From NCBI RefSeq assembly GCF_009914755.1, contig NC_060935.1: a stretch of 64,000 bases of DNA; one strand, written 5' to 3'. Both the position numbers and the translations under genes were made by a program. Source of the DNA: the human T2T-CHM13v2.0 reference genome, Homo sapiens. Below, piece after piece: positions 60,730 through 64,000 of this stretch; position 1 is the stretch's first letter, and each line of letters opens with the position of its first letter. Below the pieces are notes generated by a model. That model did not search any database, was not told the DNA's origin, and saw only the letters and a list, made by a program, of their open reading frames with translations.

Positions 60730-62236
60730 GAAGGGGACTCACATCCCAACTGCATCCTACAGAGGATGATTCAACCCAGGCCCTCTGCATTTCCATGAAG
60801 GTTACAAATCGAGTTAGCCCACAAAGCCACGGCGGGCTCCAATCTCTGTCATTCTGGTGGTGCACCCGACAGTTTCAACACACAAGAACCCAAATAAGCT
60901 CATTTCTCATTCAAACCAGGTTCTGATTGGTCAATAATAATTTAAATGCATCTTCCAGCAAATCAAAGAGATCAACATGAGGCACTCAGAATAAGTTTAA
61001 GCACCTGCTCCATCTTACCTGGCTCTCCAATAGTCTCTTCCCTTCTGACTTTCCATTGCCCCGTAATAGTCCTGAGGATCTCTAAGGAGATCACTAGCAG
61101 AATCATAGCATGAACAAGAAGCTTGGGAGCTTAGGCCTGATTGGGAGAAATGATCACGGGTAGCCCTCTCACCACGGGTGGAGATGTGGGCTCCTCATTT
61201 ACAGAATGAATGTCTGTCTGTCCAGCCCAATGGCAGGGACCACCAAATGGCTGGCTGGATGCCACGTACCCACCCCTTCCACCTGCATGTGGAGTTCTGA
61301 TGTACACGAGGCTGGGCTCAGGGTGACATGGAAGAGCGCGTGCATCCAAGAAATGCGCACTCCCAACGAGGACCATTCGAGTCTACTGAACCTTTAAAAT
61401 ATCATCTTTTTCAACCTGTAACATTCTTTTCTTCTTCCTACTTCCAAAGAGTCACATGTTCCTTTGCATAACAAGATTAAAACTGAACACCTAAACTCAC
61501 AAAAAGGCGAGGTGATCAGATGTACTGGGGCCTCCGAACCCCTCGCACACACCAACGTGCCAACCGTAGGGACTGTTTGCAGAGCCGGAGCACTCAAACC
61601 TCTATTCTCTAAAGGAAGAGAATGCTCTTTCCTTTTCAGTACCAGCAAAAGTTCATTTTCAAAGCATCTGAATTCCTAAGTTTCCTTTTTGCACCATCGA
61701 CACCAGCCATCCCTCTTGCCCGGGCTCCTTGGTCTTGGAAGGCCATCGTCCATCTGATGGGGTGGTTACCACAACCTGCAAATCTACAAGCTCTTAGCCA
61801 TCAATGTTACAGACCTCACGCCAGCAACTGCCACACAAGAGTGGTTGCCGACTCACCCATAGGACACAAGAAGGGACGATGACTCCTCTTGGTGCCTATT
61901 TAGTCACAACTAAACCACCCACAGGTCTGCACATGTCCCCAACATCATGGTGACCACATGCCTCCTCTTTCTACCTTCTACTTCAAGACCAATGACCAAA
62001 TTCCACAGACTTTTCCTCCTTCCAACGGGTTACGGCCAAGGCCTCCAAGACAAGCCCAACACCAGGTCCACAGGCAGTGGCACCCACGGTGGGAGAAACT
62101 GACCAATGAAAGTTCATGGCAGCCTCCACAAGCACCCCCAGACTGGGCCTCGTGGCTGTGCTGCCAGGACTACGACCCTCTCCCCGAGAGTCGGCGCTCT
62201 CCCCAAGCAGAAAGATACAGACACCTGTGTCCCTAC

Positions 62237-62361
62237 CTCAATCAAGAAGTCCCCGGTCCTTAGTCCGGCTTGCCACGCCACCCCACCTTCATCCACGGAC
62301 TCCAGGTACTGTAGGGCTGGGAAAGCCGGTGTTGGTGTGAATTCTTCAATGGGTGTGTCAG
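62237..62361 (-). CDS. SHANK2: SHANK2 internal coding exon (125 bp), PDZ domain: (A)DTPIEEFTPTPAFPALQYLESVDEGGVAWQAGLRTGDFLIE
   Basis: Peptide is the SHANK-family PDZ segment, with SHANK2-type residues (ADTPIEEF, VAWQAGLR). Acceptor ttgtcttcccAG|CT (AG at 62363-62362), donor GAG|GTAGGG (GT at 62236-62235). Phase 1 in, phase 0 out: 2+41x3=125 nt. Confidence 0.97.
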
Positions 62362-63972
62362 CTGGGAAGACAAGCAGCACCTGGTTACAAGCCTGGGAGA
62401 TGTCTTCCAAGTTCACATTGCCTGACCTCCCCACAGGACCCCGGGAGGAAGTGGGCCCACTCATCTCCCATTGCAGGTGGCTAGTCCAGGCCAACTCTCC
62501 CCCAGGAAGTGCTTGAGATTCATACTCATGGGCTGATGCAACTCAAGCAATGAAGTCAATTGCACCTTGGGGCCGCCATCATATTTCTTGGCCTCTCTGC
62601 TGAAACCACAGGATAATGTGCTCTGTGGTACATGTCTACACGCCTGTCATTTTCTTTAAAAGCATCAGTGACTAAACATTTTCGGTTCTAAAAATGGAAA
62701 AGTTCCTCCCCTGCCACACAGAGCTACAGAAACACCACACTAAACCACTTGCCAAATTTACATCTACGTAGACTCGCAACCAAGGGAATTCAACTTGGAA
62801 CGCGGACGGAACATCACGCTGACCCAGTGGGTGGCTACAGATTTGGAATGTGCTCATGAGTCCTCTCTACAGGGAGTCCAGGCCTCTGTGACCACTCTGT
62901 GTGTGACCAGTGTCCCTGGGCACTGGCATGTGTGTGTGTGGGTGCTGAACCACTACTGCCCAGCACAGTGAGGCTTGGCTTCTGGGGCCCCACACAGCTG
63001 CCAGGTGCAACTCCAGGGCAGGAGATGGACTTTTCTAGGGAGGCATGAGTGGCCAAGGGTGGGTGGGTGTGGAGATAAAGATTCCAGCAGGGGGAGGGGA
63101 GAGCAAATCACACAGACAGGCGTGGATGCTCTCACAGAGACAGATGCATCTGCTCTTTCTCTCTCTGGACAGCTCGCTATGGAGCTGCCTGAGTCTGAGG
63201 CAGGTGGGCATGCCAGCTGGGGAGGAGGCCTCCTGCAGCACAGGTGCGGGACCCCTGGCACAGCGCGTAAGCTCCAAGATGAAACTTCCACATGGCTGAG
63301 CCACACACACAGTGGGCGGATGTCCCCTCTCATGGGGAGGTGATGCCATTTTGTTTTCTTTTGGAGGGGAAGCTGCGCGTGCAGGGTGACTGGCAGGTGC
63401 ACCGCCATGGACTGCATTCCTGAGCCTCCCACGACGGGCCACGTAACGTGTGTGCTGCCGGCTCAGTCCACGGCAGAGGGGACCATCTTGTCACATTTCC
63501 TTTGCAAAGTCACCTTAGAGGTGAGCACACAAATGCCTGCCGCCCTTGGAGCCAAAGCCCACTCCCAGAATGGGGCAGTTTCTAGGTGCCTGAAACTCAG
63601 GCCAGGGCAATCCTGGGGATTTGAGACCCAGAGCTCTGAGGGTAGCCACAGTCTGGCTCAACTAGAACACAAAATACTGACCACCCCATCATTTAAAAAC
63701 AAAAGGTAGGAGGGGCAGGAGGGAGAGAGAACCCATTCAGAACAACATCATCTACAGAAAATTAAAAACATTCCTCAAGGAAGCCCTAACGTTTTCTGAG
63801 TAAGGCACAATGTGAAGGAACATGGTTGTCTAGCAACTGAGTGCCCCCAGGAAAAATGCTTATTTAATGCTTATTCCTGAGCTGGGGAACGTTTTTCATG
63901 CAGGCGTATACACACACACACACACACACACAAACATGGGAACATATTCAGGCTCAGAGCGGCTGCTCTTAC
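62362..63972 (-). other. SHANK2: SHANK2 intron (1611 bp) between the two PDZ exons
   Basis: GT-AG boundaries with matching phase; candidate branch point tgtAAc near 62385. Confidence 0.93.
63910..63932. repeat. (CA)n microsatellite, ~11 units, ~40 nt into the intron after the 63973 donor
   Basis: Direct reading. Confidence 0.95.
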
Positions 63973-64000
63973 CTTTGGCCCCTCGAAGCACGAATCCAAA
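63973..64000 (-). CDS. SHANK2: SHANK2 coding exon, 3' part only (FGFVLRGAK + first base of Ala codon); continues beyond the window
   Basis: Minus strand TTT GGA TTC GTG CTT CGA GGG GCC AAA G|GTAAGA = PDZ carboxylate-binding loop (G)FGF. The trailing G joins CT of the next exon to give GCT (Ala), in frame. Confidence 0.95.

Noticed and set aside
62381-62382. Upstream AG 19 nt before the PDZ-exon acceptor as an alternative 3' splice site
   Set aside because: Only ~3 nt after the likely branch point, so too close to be used; no supporting evidence.
62114-62494. 126-aa ORF as a standalone gene
   Set aside because: Only 62237-62361 is coding (a SHANK2 exon bounded by splice sites); the rest is intronic read-through.

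Overview
Primate (almost certainly human) genomic DNA, Alu/L1/MaLR/MIR-rich, lying inside the SHANK2 gene, which is transcribed on the minus strand. The only real coding sequence is two PDZ-domain exons at the right end: the 3' part of the '...FGFVLRGAK' exon (63973->64000) and the 125-bp 'ADTPIEEFTPTPAFPALQYLESVDEGGVAWQAGLRTGDFLIE' exon (62237-62361). Positions 1-62236 are one very long intron, and the ORF track there is spurious (Alu, L1, LTR and simple-repeat ORFs). No prokaryotic-type system, tRNA, rRNA or CRISPR is present. Most notable observations: (1) three REST/NRSF RE1 silencer motifs at an exact 36-bp period (52888-52980); (2) a nearby perfect CAG|GTAAGT site that could be a recursive-splice point or the donor of a 115-nt poison exon; (3) an inverted templated insertion that copied the spacer between two inverted Alus into a third Alu; (4) several local direct duplications; (5) a candidate UG-repeat/TDP-43-guarded cryptic exon; (6) a retrotransposon target site used twice, and two chimeric Alus. 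Repeat boundaries and subfamily names were assigned by eye and are approximate.
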